This document shows positions 40,125 to 49,747 of a stretch of DNA of 64,000 nt, piece by piece. Position numbers and translations under genes: made by a program. Every line of letters starts with the position of its first letter. The stretch's first letter is position 1. Under the pieces are notes generated by a model that saw nothing but the letters and a program-made list of their open reading frames with translations, made no database searches and was not told the DNA's origin. This DNA comes from Kiritimatiellia bacterium (GTDB lineage Bacteria > Verrucomicrobiota > Kiritimatiellia > RFP12 > UBA1067). The stretch spans positions 192,001 through 256,000 of the forward strand of contig JBMNFY010000010.1 of NCBI GenBank assembly GCA_050949565.1, read 5' to 3'.

Positions 40125-41048
40125 ATGAAGTCAAGCGTCATGGAGTTTTTCGGTTACGATGGATGTCTGGTGCTGGAAAATGATGTCGGCGTGCGTGTGG
40201 TGCTTACGCCGCTGGCCGGTGGGCGCGTGCTGGAATACGCGTTGAATGGCGTAAATGCCCTGTACCTTGATCCGGCGCAGAAGGGATGGCGTCACCAACC
40301 CGGCGTTCCGTCGGTCGATCCGTGCGGCGGACGGCTTGATGTCGGACCGGAGTGGACGATTCCGCCGCACCCTGATCTGTGGTTGGGGGACTGGACCGGC
40401 GAGATCACGGGAGAGGGTCGGGCGCGGCTGACGAGTCCGCGCGACCGCATGACGGGGTTGAGGGTGGCACGCGATTTCACGCTGGCAGCGGACAGCGCGT
40501 GCCTGTGCGTCGAGCAGCGCGTAACCAACGACTCCGCGCGACCGATCTCCTGTTGCCATTGGAGCCGTACGCTCGCGACCGGCGGCGGTATCGTCCTGAT
40601 CCCTTTGTCGCCCGAGAGCCGCTTCCCGAAACACTACATTCAGTACGGTCCTGGGCCGGTCATGAACTTCCGTCCCGATGATCCGCAGATTCGCATCCGT
40701 GAGGGGTTCCTAGAGATACTCGGGACGCCGCAGCGGCCTAAGCTCGGCATGGACAGTACGGTGGGGTGGTTCAGCTATTTGACGCGGGCCGGTCTGCTGT
40801 TCACCAAACGGTATGCAGTGGAGTCCGAACGGGTCTACGGTGAGATGGCCGGGCTCACGATATCGATCTGGTACTTTAAGGACGAGATGTGCGAGTTGGA
40901 GCCGATTGGTCCGCTTGAGCGCTTGGCGCCGGGGGTGTCGTTCAGCTTTAGCGAGGAGTGGTCGTTGCTACCGTGGCGGTATCCCGCGCCGGGAGAGTGC
41001 GTTGATCTGACGGAGTTGGCTGCGCGTGTTCGCAAAATCGAGGGTTGA
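40125..41048 (+). CDS. Hypothetical protein, galactose-mutarotase-like/DUF4380-like
   Basis: GGRVLEY N-terminus, ELEPIGP C-terminus, beta-rich; heads a sugar cluster. Confidence 0.55.
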   Translation: MKSSVMEFFGYDGCLVLENDVGVRVVLTPLAGGRVLEYALNGVNALYLDPAQKGWRHQPGVPSVDPCGGRLDVGPEWTIPPHPDLWLGDWTGEITGEGRARLTSPRDRMTGLRVARDFTLAADSACLCVEQRVTNDSARPISCCHWSRTLATGGGIVLIPLSPESRFPKHYIQYGPGPVMNFRPDDPQIRIREGFLEILGTPQRPKLGMDSTVGWFSYLTRAGLLFTKRYAVESERVYGEMAGLTISIWYFKDEMCELEPIGPLERLAPGVSFSFSEEWSLLPWRYPAPGECVDLTELAARVRKIEG

Positions 41049-41121
41049 GTTCGCATGATCGAGGTTGCCCATTGCGGAACGGGCGTTTATAGTTTGTCTC
41101 AACACGCAAGGAGGAAACAGG

Positions 41122-43212
41122 ATGAGAAATCTGCTGGGTATCACGTTGGCGTTCGGGACCTTGATCGCGAACGCGGGGGACATCGTACTGTTTGATGCGA
41201 CGAAGACGCCGCTGTCGGCGGTCGCAGCACAGTCGGGCGGGACGTTCGCGCTCACGGACGGGCTGCTCGCGATCGAGACGAAAGGCAACTTGGGTTATCC
41301 GGGTGTGCGTATCGCCGGCGAATGGGATTTGTCGGGCTGCAACCGCGTCACCTTCGAGTTGGAGCACTGCGACGGGAAGGGGGAGTTGCCGCTCACGGTG
41401 CGCTTTGACAATCCGGGGGCTGATCCCGGTAAACACACTGGCGTGCTTGTTGATCGCATCAAAATGCCGCGCAAAGGCGTGCACGCCTGTACGGTCGCAC
41501 TGCCGCCAACGCTGCCATCGGGACGTGCGATCAGCAGCAAGCTGGCCGGTATGCGCGCCACGCCGTTTCAGACGACCGGCGTGGTTGCGGATCTGGACTC
41601 TGCGCACGTGGTCGGCGTGGCCGTCTATATGCGGTTGAACAAGCTGGATTGGAAGTGGGGCGTCCGGCGCATCGTGGCACATACGGGGCCGGTCGCGGAT
41701 GCTCCGGCTTGGATGAAGCTGACGGAGAAAGAGTTTTTCCCCTTCATTGACGTGTACGGTCAGTTTAAGCACAAGACGTGGCCGGGAAAGATCCACTCCG
41801 ACGAGGAGTTGAAGGCGGCGGCGCGGCGTGAAGAGGCGGACTTGGCGGCGCATCCGGGGCCGACGGGCTGGAGTCGCTTCGGCGGCTGGGCGGGCGGGCC
41901 GCGGCGCGAGGCGACCGGACATTTCCGCGTGGAGAAGATCGAGGGCAAGTGGTGGATGGTGGATCCCGAAGGGTATCTGTACTGGTCGCACGGGCCGGTG
42001 CGCGTGACGCCCTCTACGGCGATCACGCCGCTCGATAACCGCGAGTTTTACTTCACGGACCTACCTGCACCGGATTCGCCGTTCGCCAAGTTCTATACCA
42101 CGCGCGATGAGCTACTCTATCCATATTACGTCAAACGCAACATTCAGCGAACGTACGATTTTTCGTCGGCGAACTGTTACCGCAAATATGGTGCGGGCTA
42201 TTACGAAATCTTCGCCGACTTGGCGCACCGCCGGTTGCGGAGCTGGGGAATGAACACCATCGCCAACAGTTCGGACAAGAAAATCTGCCTGATGGATCGC
42301 ACGCCGTATACCGACCGTTTTGAACTGAAGTCGAAGCCGCTCGCCGGCAGCCATGACGGCTGGTGGCCTTTCCGTGATCCGTTCGATCCCTCGTTCCGCG
42401 CCGATGTGCGGCGGCTGATGAACGAACACAAGGCCGAGATGCAAGATCCGTGGTGCTTCGGCTTCTTTGTTGACAACGAGCTAAGCTGGGGCGGCGAGAC
42501 CGATCTGGCGGCATGGACGCTGGAGTCGCCTGCGGATCAGGCGGCCAAGCGCGTCTTCCGCGAGCGCATGCAGAAGGCATACGGCACGATCGACAAGCTC
42601 AACGCGGCATGGGGCACAGCGTATGCGGACTGGGATGCGTTCCTCACTGTCTGCCGACGGCCGGGAGCGGGAGCCACTGCCGATCTCAAGGCGTTCACGC
42701 TGGAGATTGCCGATGCCTACTTCAAGAACATCCGCGAAGAGTTCAAAGCTGCGGCACCGAACAAGCTCTACATGGGGTGCCGCTTTGCCGGACGCGGGCC
42801 GGAGTTTGCAGTGCGTGTGGCGGCTAAGCACTGCGACTTGCTCAGCTACAACATCTACGCGCGCCACCTCAATGACTTCAAGTTGCCGGAGGGCATCGAT
42901 AAACCGGTGATCATCGGCGAGTTCCATTTCGGTGCGCTGGATCGTGGCCTTTTCCACCCCGGTCTGATTAAGCTGGAAAACCAAGAAGAGCGCGGCCGGG
43001 TCTACGTGCAGTATGTCACGTCAGCATTGAAGCATGCGCATGTGGTGGGCGTACACTGGCATCAATTCGGAGATCAGGCTACGACCGGAAGGTTTGACGG
43101 TGAGAATTTCCAGGTCGGGTTTGTTGACTGCTGTAACACGCCCTATCCGGAAACGATCAAAGGCATCCGCGAGGTTGGTTACCGTATGTACGAAATCCGC
43201 GGCGGAAAATGA
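41122..43212 (+). CDS. Secreted GH50-like (beta-agarase-type) glycoside hydrolase
   Basis: IDVYGQF..KTWPGK, WWMVDPEGY, RLRSWGMNT, GFFVDNEL, IIGEFHFGA, RFDGENFQVG. Confidence 0.82.
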   Translation: MRNLLGITLAFGTLIANAGDIVLFDATKTPLSAVAAQSGGTFALTDGLLAIETKGNLGYPGVRIAGEWDLSGCNRVTFELEHCDGKGELPLTVRFDNPGADPGKHTGVLVDRIKMPRKGVHACTVALPPTLPSGRAISSKLAGMRATPFQTTGVVADLDSAHVVGVAVYMRLNKLDWKWGVRRIVAHTGPVADAPAWMKLTEKEFFPFIDVYGQFKHKTWPGKIHSDEELKAAARREEADLAAHPGPTGWSRFGGWAGGPRREATGHFRVEKIEGKWWMVDPEGYLYWSHGPVRVTPSTAITPLDNREFYFTDLPAPDSPFAKFYTTRDELLYPYYVKRNIQRTYDFSSANCYRKYGAGYYEIFADLAHRRLRSWGMNTIANSSDKKICLMDRTPYTDRFELKSKPLAGSHDGWWPFRDPFDPSFRADVRRLMNEHKAEMQDPWCFGFFVDNELSWGGETDLAAWTLESPADQAAKRVFRERMQKAYGTIDKLNAAWGTAYADWDAFLTVCRRPGAGATADLKAFTLEIADAYFKNIREEFKAAAPNKLYMGCRFAGRGPEFAVRVAAKHCDLLSYNIYARHLNDFKLPEGIDKPVIIGEFHFGALDRGLFHPGLIKLENQEERGRVYVQYVTSALKHAHVVGVHWHQFGDQATTGRFDGENFQVGFVDCCNTPYPETIKGIREVGYRMYEIRGGK

Positions 43213-43215
43213 GTT

Positions 43216-43316
43216 GAGACGCTTGCTAAACCCCTCGTGGCATGGGCGTCCCGCCCATGGAACACGGGCAAGATGCCCGTGCCACACCTGCAAGCAAGGG
43301 GTTTTGCAAGAGCCTC
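43216..43316 (+). mobile_element. 101-bp MITE carrying a REP doublet (copy 2)
   Basis: Same IRs and interior as 19792-19892; flanking direct repeat GAGTT. Confidence 0.8.
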
Positions 43317-43403
43317 GAGTTGAGAGGGAGATGCGAAGCGGTCAGCGTCGATCCAGACCGCTTCGCGTCCACACAAAATCGGAATGGATCGAGGAGAATC
43401 ACG

Positions 43404-44180
43404 ATGCGTTTTAAAGACAAAGTTGTACTGGTGACCGGAACGAGCCGCAACACCGGTGTCGGAATCGCTGCGTTGTTCATCCGCGAGGGAGCCCGCGTCT
43501 GCGTGTGCAGTTCCACGCCGGAGAGCACGGCCAAGGGCGCGGCAGAGTTGCGTGCAATGGGGTTGACTGAGTTTAATGAGACGCCGGCCGACATCTCGGA
43601 CACCGAACAGGTCCGCGCCATGTTCCGCGTGATCCAGGAGAAGTTCGGCCGCATTGACATCCTGGTGAACAACGCCTGCAACCAAGGTATCGGGCCGGCG
43701 TTTGAAGAGATGGATCCGGCGTATTTCCTGTCGGTCATCAAGACCAATCTGCTAGGCACCTTTCAGGTGTCGCAGGAGGCGGTCAAGATGATGCTGCGTC
43801 AGGAAAGCCGCGGTGTGATCGTCAACCTAGGCTCCAATGTGTCGATGCGCGCGATTCGCAACCGCACCGCCTACGTGGCCAGCAAGGGTGGTGTGGATGC
43901 GTTGACGCGCTCGATGGCCTTGGACTTGGGGCCCAAAGGCATCCGCGTCAACATGGTGGCACCGGGCTACATCTTCACCGACCGTTGGGAAAAGCTGGAT
44001 GACGATAAGATCAAGCGCCGCCGCTTGAACTGTCCGCTCGGCGTCGAAGCGACAGCCGATGACATCGCGCAGGCGGTGGCCTTTATGGCGTCCGATGCAT
44101 CGCGCAACATTTGCGGCGAGCGCTTGGTGGTGGATGCCGGTTGCAGCGCGCAACACATGCCGGTGGATGTGGATGTGTGA
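43404..44180 (+). CDS. SDR-family oxidoreductase
   Basis: VTGTSRNTG, DILVNNA, YVASK, IRVNMVAPG. Confidence 0.92.
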   Translation: MRFKDKVVLVTGTSRNTGVGIAALFIREGARVCVCSSTPESTAKGAAELRAMGLTEFNETPADISDTEQVRAMFRVIQEKFGRIDILVNNACNQGIGPAFEEMDPAYFLSVIKTNLLGTFQVSQEAVKMMLRQESRGVIVNLGSNVSMRAIRNRTAYVASKGGVDALTRSMALDLGPKGIRVNMVAPGYIFTDRWEKLDDDKIKRRRLNCPLGVEATADDIAQAVAFMASDASRNICGERLVVDAGCSAQHMPVDVDV

Positions 44181-44246
44181 TCCGTCTGATCTGTCCAATC
44201 CGTCTGATCTGTCCAATCTGTCCGATAATCCCGATAACAAAAAACC

Positions 44247-45506
44247 ATGAAAGTTTCAAAAAGCTACAAGTGGGAGTTGCTGGCGCTGCTGTCGGTTGCC
44301 TTCTTTTTCCATCAGGCAGACCGTGCGTTGTTCAGCGTTATGTTGATCCCGATTCAAAATGAGTTGGGGCTGACCGACGGCCAGATGGGCGCGATCGGCT
44401 CGTGGATGTTCGCGACGCTGGCGGTGATGGTTCCGATAGCCGGATTTATGGGCGATCGGCTGAGCCGCAAGTGGATCATCACGTGCAGCCTGATTTTTTG
44501 GAGCTGCGCGACGGCTCTCACGGGAATGGCTACGGGGGTTGTCGGTCTGATCCTCTTCCGTAGCGTGGCGACGGGCGGTGGCGAGTCTTTTTACGCGCCT
44601 TCCGCCTATGCGCTAATCGCGTCGTACCATAAAAAAACGCGCTCTTTGGCGTTTTCTGTCCATCAGGCTGCGTTGTATGTCGGACTGATGTGTAGCGGCT
44701 ATCTGGCAGGTATGATCGAAGCGGCCTTCGGTTGGCGTATGGTCTTCTATCTGTTCGGCGGTGCCGGTGTTCTTCTCGGCCTTGTTTTCATCTTTCGGTT
44801 GAAGGACGCGCCTGCGGAGTCGCAGCCGGACAAGCCTGCTGCCGTCGATAAGCCGTCGATCTGGGAGTCGATCCGCGTGCTGGTGAAGACGCCTAGCGCG
44901 CTGCTGGCGACGGCCGGATTCTGCGCTGTGGTTTTCGTGAACAACGCCTACGTTTTCTGGGCGCCGACCTTTGTGATGGAAAAGTTCAAGAGTTCCGCGA
45001 CGCCGATGACGCTCACGCAGGCAGCGGGTGGGACGATGCTCTATCATCACTTGGCGGCGTTCGCGGCGATCATGGCGGGCGGGGTTCTGACTGACTGGGC
45101 CGTGTCACGTTATCCGCGTTTTCGCTTGTTGTTGCAGGGCACGGCGTTGTTGCTGGGGGCACCGATGATCTACTGGATCGGCGTGGCGAACGGCGTCACG
45201 GCCACGTGGATCGCGATGGCGGGATACGGGATTTTCCGCGGTCTCTTCGAGGTCAATACCCATGCGTCACTGTTCGACGTGGTGCCGGCGAGATTCCGTT
45301 CAAGCGCAGTCGGGCTGATGACGATGACGGCGTTCTTTTTGGGCACAGTACCGCCCAAAATGATCGGCAAGTTCTGTGACCTGCACGGCAAGGTGGCCGG
45401 CATCCAGCAGGGCTTCACGGTGCTGGCGTTCGCTTACGTTCTGGGTGCAATCGCGATATTCTGTTCGATGTTGTTCACGTTCAACCGTGACCGCGTAGTA
45501 GAGTAG
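44247..45506 (+). CDS. MFS transporter
   Basis: Multiple TM helices, GFMGDRLSRK motif A. Confidence 0.92.
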   Translation: MKVSKSYKWELLALLSVAFFFHQADRALFSVMLIPIQNELGLTDGQMGAIGSWMFATLAVMVPIAGFMGDRLSRKWIITCSLIFWSCATALTGMATGVVGLILFRSVATGGGESFYAPSAYALIASYHKKTRSLAFSVHQAALYVGLMCSGYLAGMIEAAFGWRMVFYLFGGAGVLLGLVFIFRLKDAPAESQPDKPAAVDKPSIWESIRVLVKTPSALLATAGFCAVVFVNNAYVFWAPTFVMEKFKSSATPMTLTQAAGGTMLYHHLAAFAAIMAGGVLTDWAVSRYPRFRLLLQGTALLLGAPMIYWIGVANGVTATWIAMAGYGIFRGLFEVNTHASLFDVVPARFRSSAVGLMTMTAFFLGTVPPKMIGKFCDLHGKVAGIQQGFTVLAFAYVLGAIAIFCSMLFTFNRDRVVE

Positions 45507-45607
45507 GAGGCTCTTGCAAAACCCCTTGATTGCAGGTGTGGCACGGGCATCTTGCCCGTGTTTCATGGGCGGGACGCCCATGCCACGAAGGGTTTAGCAA
45601 GAGCTTC
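45507..45607 (-). mobile_element. 101-bp MITE carrying a REP doublet (copy 3, inverted)
   Basis: GAGGCTCTTGCAAAACCCC...GGGTTTAGCAAGAGCTTC; flanking direct repeat GTAG. Confidence 0.8.
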
Positions 45608-45622
45608 GTAGGAGAGTGCTTT

Positions 45623-46795
45623 ATGAAAATCACCGGGATTAAAACGTTTGTCTGTCACGCCTATCGAACGAACTGGGTGTTCGTCAAAGTGCTGACCGAC
45701 GAGGCCGGTCTCTACGGGGTCGGTGAGGCCACGCTGGAGTACAAGGAGGCTACCATCGTCTCCGCGTGCCAGGATCTGGAGCGTGACATGCTCGGCAAAG
45801 ATCCGCGCGACATTGAGGCGATCTGGCACAGCAACTACCGCGACGCCTATTGGCGTGGCGGACCAGTGCTGATGAGCGCGATCTCGGCGATCGACATCGC
45901 GCTGTGGGACATTCTTGGCAAGAGCCTGGGCGTGCCGGTCTGGCGGTTGCTGGGCGGGCGTGTGCGCGACAAGGTGCCGTGCTACGCCAACGCCTGGTTC
46001 GCAGGCGCGAAAGAGCCGGAAGAGTTTGCGGCAAAAGCTGCTGAAGCGATCGAGACCGCTGGTTGGAAAGGGCTGAAGTGGGATCCCTTCGGCACCGCCT
46101 ACCGGCAGCTTGAACCACAGGCGTTCCGCAAGGCGATGCGCTGCATCGAAATGGTCTATGAGGCGGTCGACGGCCGCGCGGAAATTTTAATTGAGGGACA
46201 TGGGCGCTTCGATCTGCCGACCGCGCTGCGCATCGCCAATGCGCTGGAGGCGTTCAATATCCTCTGGTTTGAAGAGCCGATCATCCCCGATACAATCGAA
46301 GCGATCGCCGATCTGCGCAGCCGCGTCAAGGTGCCGCTTTCGTTCGGCGAGCGGCTCTACAACACCTGGCAGTTCCGTACGCTGCTGGAGGCGCGTGGTG
46401 CGGATTTCGTGCAGCCGGACGTCTCGCACGCCGGTGGCATCACCGAGTTACGCAAGATCGCGGCGATTGCCGAATCGCATCACATCCCCTTCTGTCCGCA
46501 CAACCCCAGCGGGCCGGTGGCCAACGCCGCCACGCTCCAACTGGCCGCGTCGCAACCCGGCTTCTATCTGCTGGAGACTATGGCCAACGATGTGCCGTGG
46601 CGGCGCGACGTGTGCGACGAAGCGGTCACGTTGCATGATGGCGAGATGCACATCCCGGCGGACCGGCCGGGGATCGGCGTGGACATCAACGAGGCGGCCA
46701 TTGCGAAACATCCCTATCAACCGATCTCGCTCCGCCACTACAAAGGCACCCTGACCGAGATCCGTCCCGCTGACGCAACGGCCTTCTTTAATTGA
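45623..46795 (+). CDS. Mandelate racemase-family acid-sugar dehydratase (galactonate dehydratase-like)
   Basis: GVGEATLE, SAIDIALWDILGK, WFEEP, GERL, QPD, PHNPSGP. Confidence 0.88.
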   Translation: MKITGIKTFVCHAYRTNWVFVKVLTDEAGLYGVGEATLEYKEATIVSACQDLERDMLGKDPRDIEAIWHSNYRDAYWRGGPVLMSAISAIDIALWDILGKSLGVPVWRLLGGRVRDKVPCYANAWFAGAKEPEEFAAKAAEAIETAGWKGLKWDPFGTAYRQLEPQAFRKAMRCIEMVYEAVDGRAEILIEGHGRFDLPTALRIANALEAFNILWFEEPIIPDTIEAIADLRSRVKVPLSFGERLYNTWQFRTLLEARGADFVQPDVSHAGGITELRKIAAIAESHHIPFCPHNPSGPVANAATLQLAASQPGFYLLETMANDVPWRRDVCDEAVTLHDGEMHIPADRPGIGVDINEAAIAKHPYQPISLRHYKGTLTEIRPADATAFFN

Positions 46796-46799
46796 GTGC

Positions 46800-47819
46800 A
46801 TGGACGATAGAGACATCCTTCAGCCGGAGACATTGTTGACGCGCGACATGCGGCTCAACGTCAAAGAGGCGGAGGCGGGGCAACCGCTGGCCGCTTATCT
46901 GGCGTCGCGCTTTACGTATCATGACCATGCGGCGTGGTGTCGGCTGATCGACGAAGGGCGTGTCACACTGAACGGAAACCCCGCTGCGATACAACATCCG
47001 CTTGCGGTCGGGGATCGCATCCAGTACGACGCATCCGGCATTCCTGAGCCGCCGGTGGATGACACGTTTGCCGTGGTATGGGAGGACGCTGATCTGCTGG
47101 CCGTGAACAAGTCGGGCAACCTGCCCTGCCATCCGGGCGGACGCTACTTCAACCACACGCTCTGGGCCTTGCTGCAAACACGCTGCGGATACGCGCCTCC
47201 CGTTTTTATCAATCGTCTGGACCGCGAAACCTCGGGCGTGGTGCTGATCGCCAAAAATCGGCGGGCGGCGGCACATCTCTGGCGGCAGTTTGCCGCGCAT
47301 CGGGTGGACAAGCGCTACACCGTTTATGTTGAGGGGCGCTTTCCGGAACGCATCGACGCCGCAGGCTGGTTGCTGCCCGACACAGCTTCGGTGATCCGGA
47401 AGAAGCGACGCTGGATTCCGGCTGTCTCACCTGCCGCAGCGCCAGTTCCAGATGCCGAGTGGTGCGAGACCGCGTTCACGCGCCTTTCGTGCGGTAACGG
47501 AATCAGCCGTGTGACGGCCGAACCGCGCACAGGCCGCCTGCATCAAATCCGGGCGACGTTGTTCTCGTTGGGCTTTCCGGTGACCGGCGACAAGGTGTAC
47601 GGTGTGGACGAGACGGCCTTCCTGCGTTTTTGCACCGACGCCCTCACAGAGGTTGATCACATGCGGCTTCGCATCAAGCGGCAAGCACTGCACGCGGCGT
47701 GGCTCCGCTTCCGTCACCCCGCCAAGCAGAACTGGGTCGAAGTTGAGGCTCCGCTACCGTCGGATATGGCTGCGCTAAACGGGCTGTGTCACTCGCCGAA
47801 GACCTCGACCTCGGTATAG
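46800..47819 (+). CDS. RluA-family pseudouridine synthase
   Basis: NRLDRETSG, TGRLHQIR, QALHA. Confidence 0.92.
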   Translation: MDDRDILQPETLLTRDMRLNVKEAEAGQPLAAYLASRFTYHDHAAWCRLIDEGRVTLNGNPAAIQHPLAVGDRIQYDASGIPEPPVDDTFAVVWEDADLLAVNKSGNLPCHPGGRYFNHTLWALLQTRCGYAPPVFINRLDRETSGVVLIAKNRRAAAHLWRQFAAHRVDKRYTVYVEGRFPERIDAAGWLLPDTASVIRKKRRWIPAVSPAAAPVPDAEWCETAFTRLSCGNGISRVTAEPRTGRLHQIRATLFSLGFPVTGDKVYGVDETAFLRFCTDALTEVDHMRLRIKRQALHAAWLRFRHPAKQNWVEVEAPLPSDMAALNGLCHSPKTSTSV

Positions 47820-48463
47820 TGGTTGTAAGGGTCCGAGGTGTTGCCGTTGCTGGTGATCCGCACATAACGCGCTCGCACGCCGTTGCCGGCGATCCGGCGG
47901 CCGAAGTGGTCTTCGAAATACTCTTTGTCGTTGCCGCGGCCGAGCCCAGCGCTGTTGTCGTAGTCATTGTTAAAAAGCGTGACGACGCCGGTTTTAAAGG
48001 AAGGATCGCTGGAAACCTGTACGACCGTGTCGCGGTAGACGCACTGCTCAGGTCGTTCACGCCAGAGGCATACCGCATGGATCGCGACGTTCGTGCCGAG
48101 GTCAATCTGAATCCAACGTACGCCCGGAGCGAGTTCGAGGTAAGCGGACGGACTATATTGCTTGTCCCCGTCAGTGACCAGCGCGAGGTCGCGAGGTGAC
48201 GCGGTATTGTCGTTGCAACGCACCGCGCATCTGCCGGACAGTAGACGCGTGCCCGCCGGTACGAGTAGGGGCGGGGGCGGTACGTTGTCGCCCCGATACG
48301 CCTCGCGATGCGGCGAGCGCACGTCGATCGGCGTGCCTTCAAAAGTCGGCTTGGGCAGTGTTGGTGCCAGCGCCTTCACCTTCGGCTCTTCACACGTAGC
48401 CGTCGTGGCCAAAACAAGCATGGCGAAGCCCGCTATCGAAAAACTGCGCATAAAGTAAGTCAT
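47789..48463 (-). CDS. Secreted protein with discoidin/F5-8 type C-like domain
   Basis: Signal peptide; VTDGD...WIQIDLG...ARYVRI...EVEVFG. Confidence 0.65.
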   Translation of the reverse strand: MTYFMRSFSIAGFAMLVLATTATCEEPKVKALAPTLPKPTFEGTPIDVRSPHREAYRGDNVPPPPLLVPAGTRLLSGRCAVRCNDNTASPRDLALVTDGDKQYSPSAYLELAPGVRWIQIDLGTNVAIHAVCLWRERPEQCVYRDTVVQVSSDPSFKTGVVTLFNNDYDNSAGLGRGNDKEYFEDHFGRRIAGNGVRARYVRITSNGNTSDPYNHYTEVEVFGE

Positions 48464-48478
48464 ATTATCGCTCAGTGC

Positions 48479-49687
48479 TTACAGCGCGTACTGCGGGATC
48501 TTCAACGTCTCGCCGTCCTTCATGGCGGACATGTGCGCGTAGATGCCCGAGACCGTCGTGTTCAACGCGCAAGCTACGTCGCAGACCGGCTTCTGTTTGA
48601 GCAGGATGGCGCGGATAAAGTCATCGCTCAGGTAACCGTGCGATCCGCCGTGTCCGCCGGCCGGCACGCCTGGCGGCAGCGGTGGTTTCTCTTGTGCGAC
48701 CTTCGAAATATCCGCCTGACCGGAGTAGCGCGCTTCAAAGCTGCCCTTCTGCCCGTAGACGCGCCCTTTCTCGCCGCCTGCGCCGGGCATGTCCCAGCTT
48801 ACCGCCATGCGCGCCATGCCGCCTTCACTGGTGCGGAACAGCGCGATCTCGGAGGCAAACGGATTGTTGTAGCGGTTCTTCCCCGGCTGGTTGTCGGGCA
48901 GCAGGCTCGGTATGGCCAGGCACGAGACCGAGGTGAAGGAGCCGCCGGTGACGCAGGTGTAGAAACCGTTCGAGTGGGTCGGATAGTACTGCGGCGGCAA
49001 GCCGACGCGCCAGCCGTTGTAGGAGCCGATGTGCTTGTCCATGTAGTGATAGTACTCGCCCTCGGTGTAGATCATCTTACCGAAGCCGCCCGCCTTGTAG
49101 ATCTCGCGCATCGCGTAGCATTGCGGGCGGAAAGCCGTGGTTTCAAACAGCGCGTAGACCAGACCGGTCTTCTTGACCGTCGCCAGCAGTTCGTCCGCCA
49201 GTTCCAGTTGTTCCTCGCCGAAAACCGCCGGCACGGCCGAAGCCACATGCAGCCCGCGCTTCATGCCCTCGATGCAGAGCTTGGCGTGGCTCGGCGCGTC
49301 CGTGGCGATAAAGACCGCCTCGATCTCGCGGTCTTTCGCGTACATCTCCTCGCACGAGGCGTAAGTTTCTTTAGCGCCCGTGACTTTTGCCAACTCCGCG
49401 CAGGCGTCGGGGTTCAGGTCGGTCGCCGCGACGACCTCAACATTCGGGTGGTTCTGGAACCCGAATGACGCGCCGAATTTACAGACCCCGTAGCCCACGA
49501 TACCGACTTTGACCTTGCGGTCGGAAAAGGGCGTCCATGCCGCCGCTTTGACCTTGCCTGCGTTGGTCTCGTCAAAGCCCGCAATCTTCGGCGCTTGGGT
49601 CTGCTGCGCCTGCGCCAGCGTTCTGGCTGTCAGCGCGGCTGCGGCAGTCGTTTGGAAAAAAGTCCGTCTGGATAGGATGTGCGCCAT
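48479..49687 (-). CDS. Tat-exported Gfo/Idh/MocA oxidoreductase
   Basis: SRRTFF signal, VGIVGYG, IATDAPSHA. Confidence 0.88.
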   Translation of the reverse strand: MAHILSRRTFFQTTAAAALTARTLAQAQQTQAPKIAGFDETNAGKVKAAAWTPFSDRKVKVGIVGYGVCKFGASFGFQNHPNVEVVAATDLNPDACAELAKVTGAKETYASCEEMYAKDREIEAVFIATDAPSHAKLCIEGMKRGLHVASAVPAVFGEEQLELADELLATVKKTGLVYALFETTAFRPQCYAMREIYKAGGFGKMIYTEGEYYHYMDKHIGSYNGWRVGLPPQYYPTHSNGFYTCVTGGSFTSVSCLAIPSLLPDNQPGKNRYNNPFASEIALFRTSEGGMARMAVSWDMPGAGGEKGRVYGQKGSFEARYSGQADISKVAQEKPPLPPGVPAGGHGGSHGYLSDDFIRAILLKQKPVCDVACALNTTVSGIYAHMSAMKDGETLKIPQYAL

Positions 49688-49747
49688 GTCTTGTCTCTCC
49701 TTTTGTTCATTGTCGTGCTGGTCAAGCTGTCCTCTTCTTCCGTACGC

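Noticed and set aside
19785-45622. REP-encoded N-terminal extensions of ORFs 19785, 43242 and 45530
   Set aside because: Each gene has a better downstream ATG with an RBS (19905, 43404, 45623); REPs are simply poor in stop codons.
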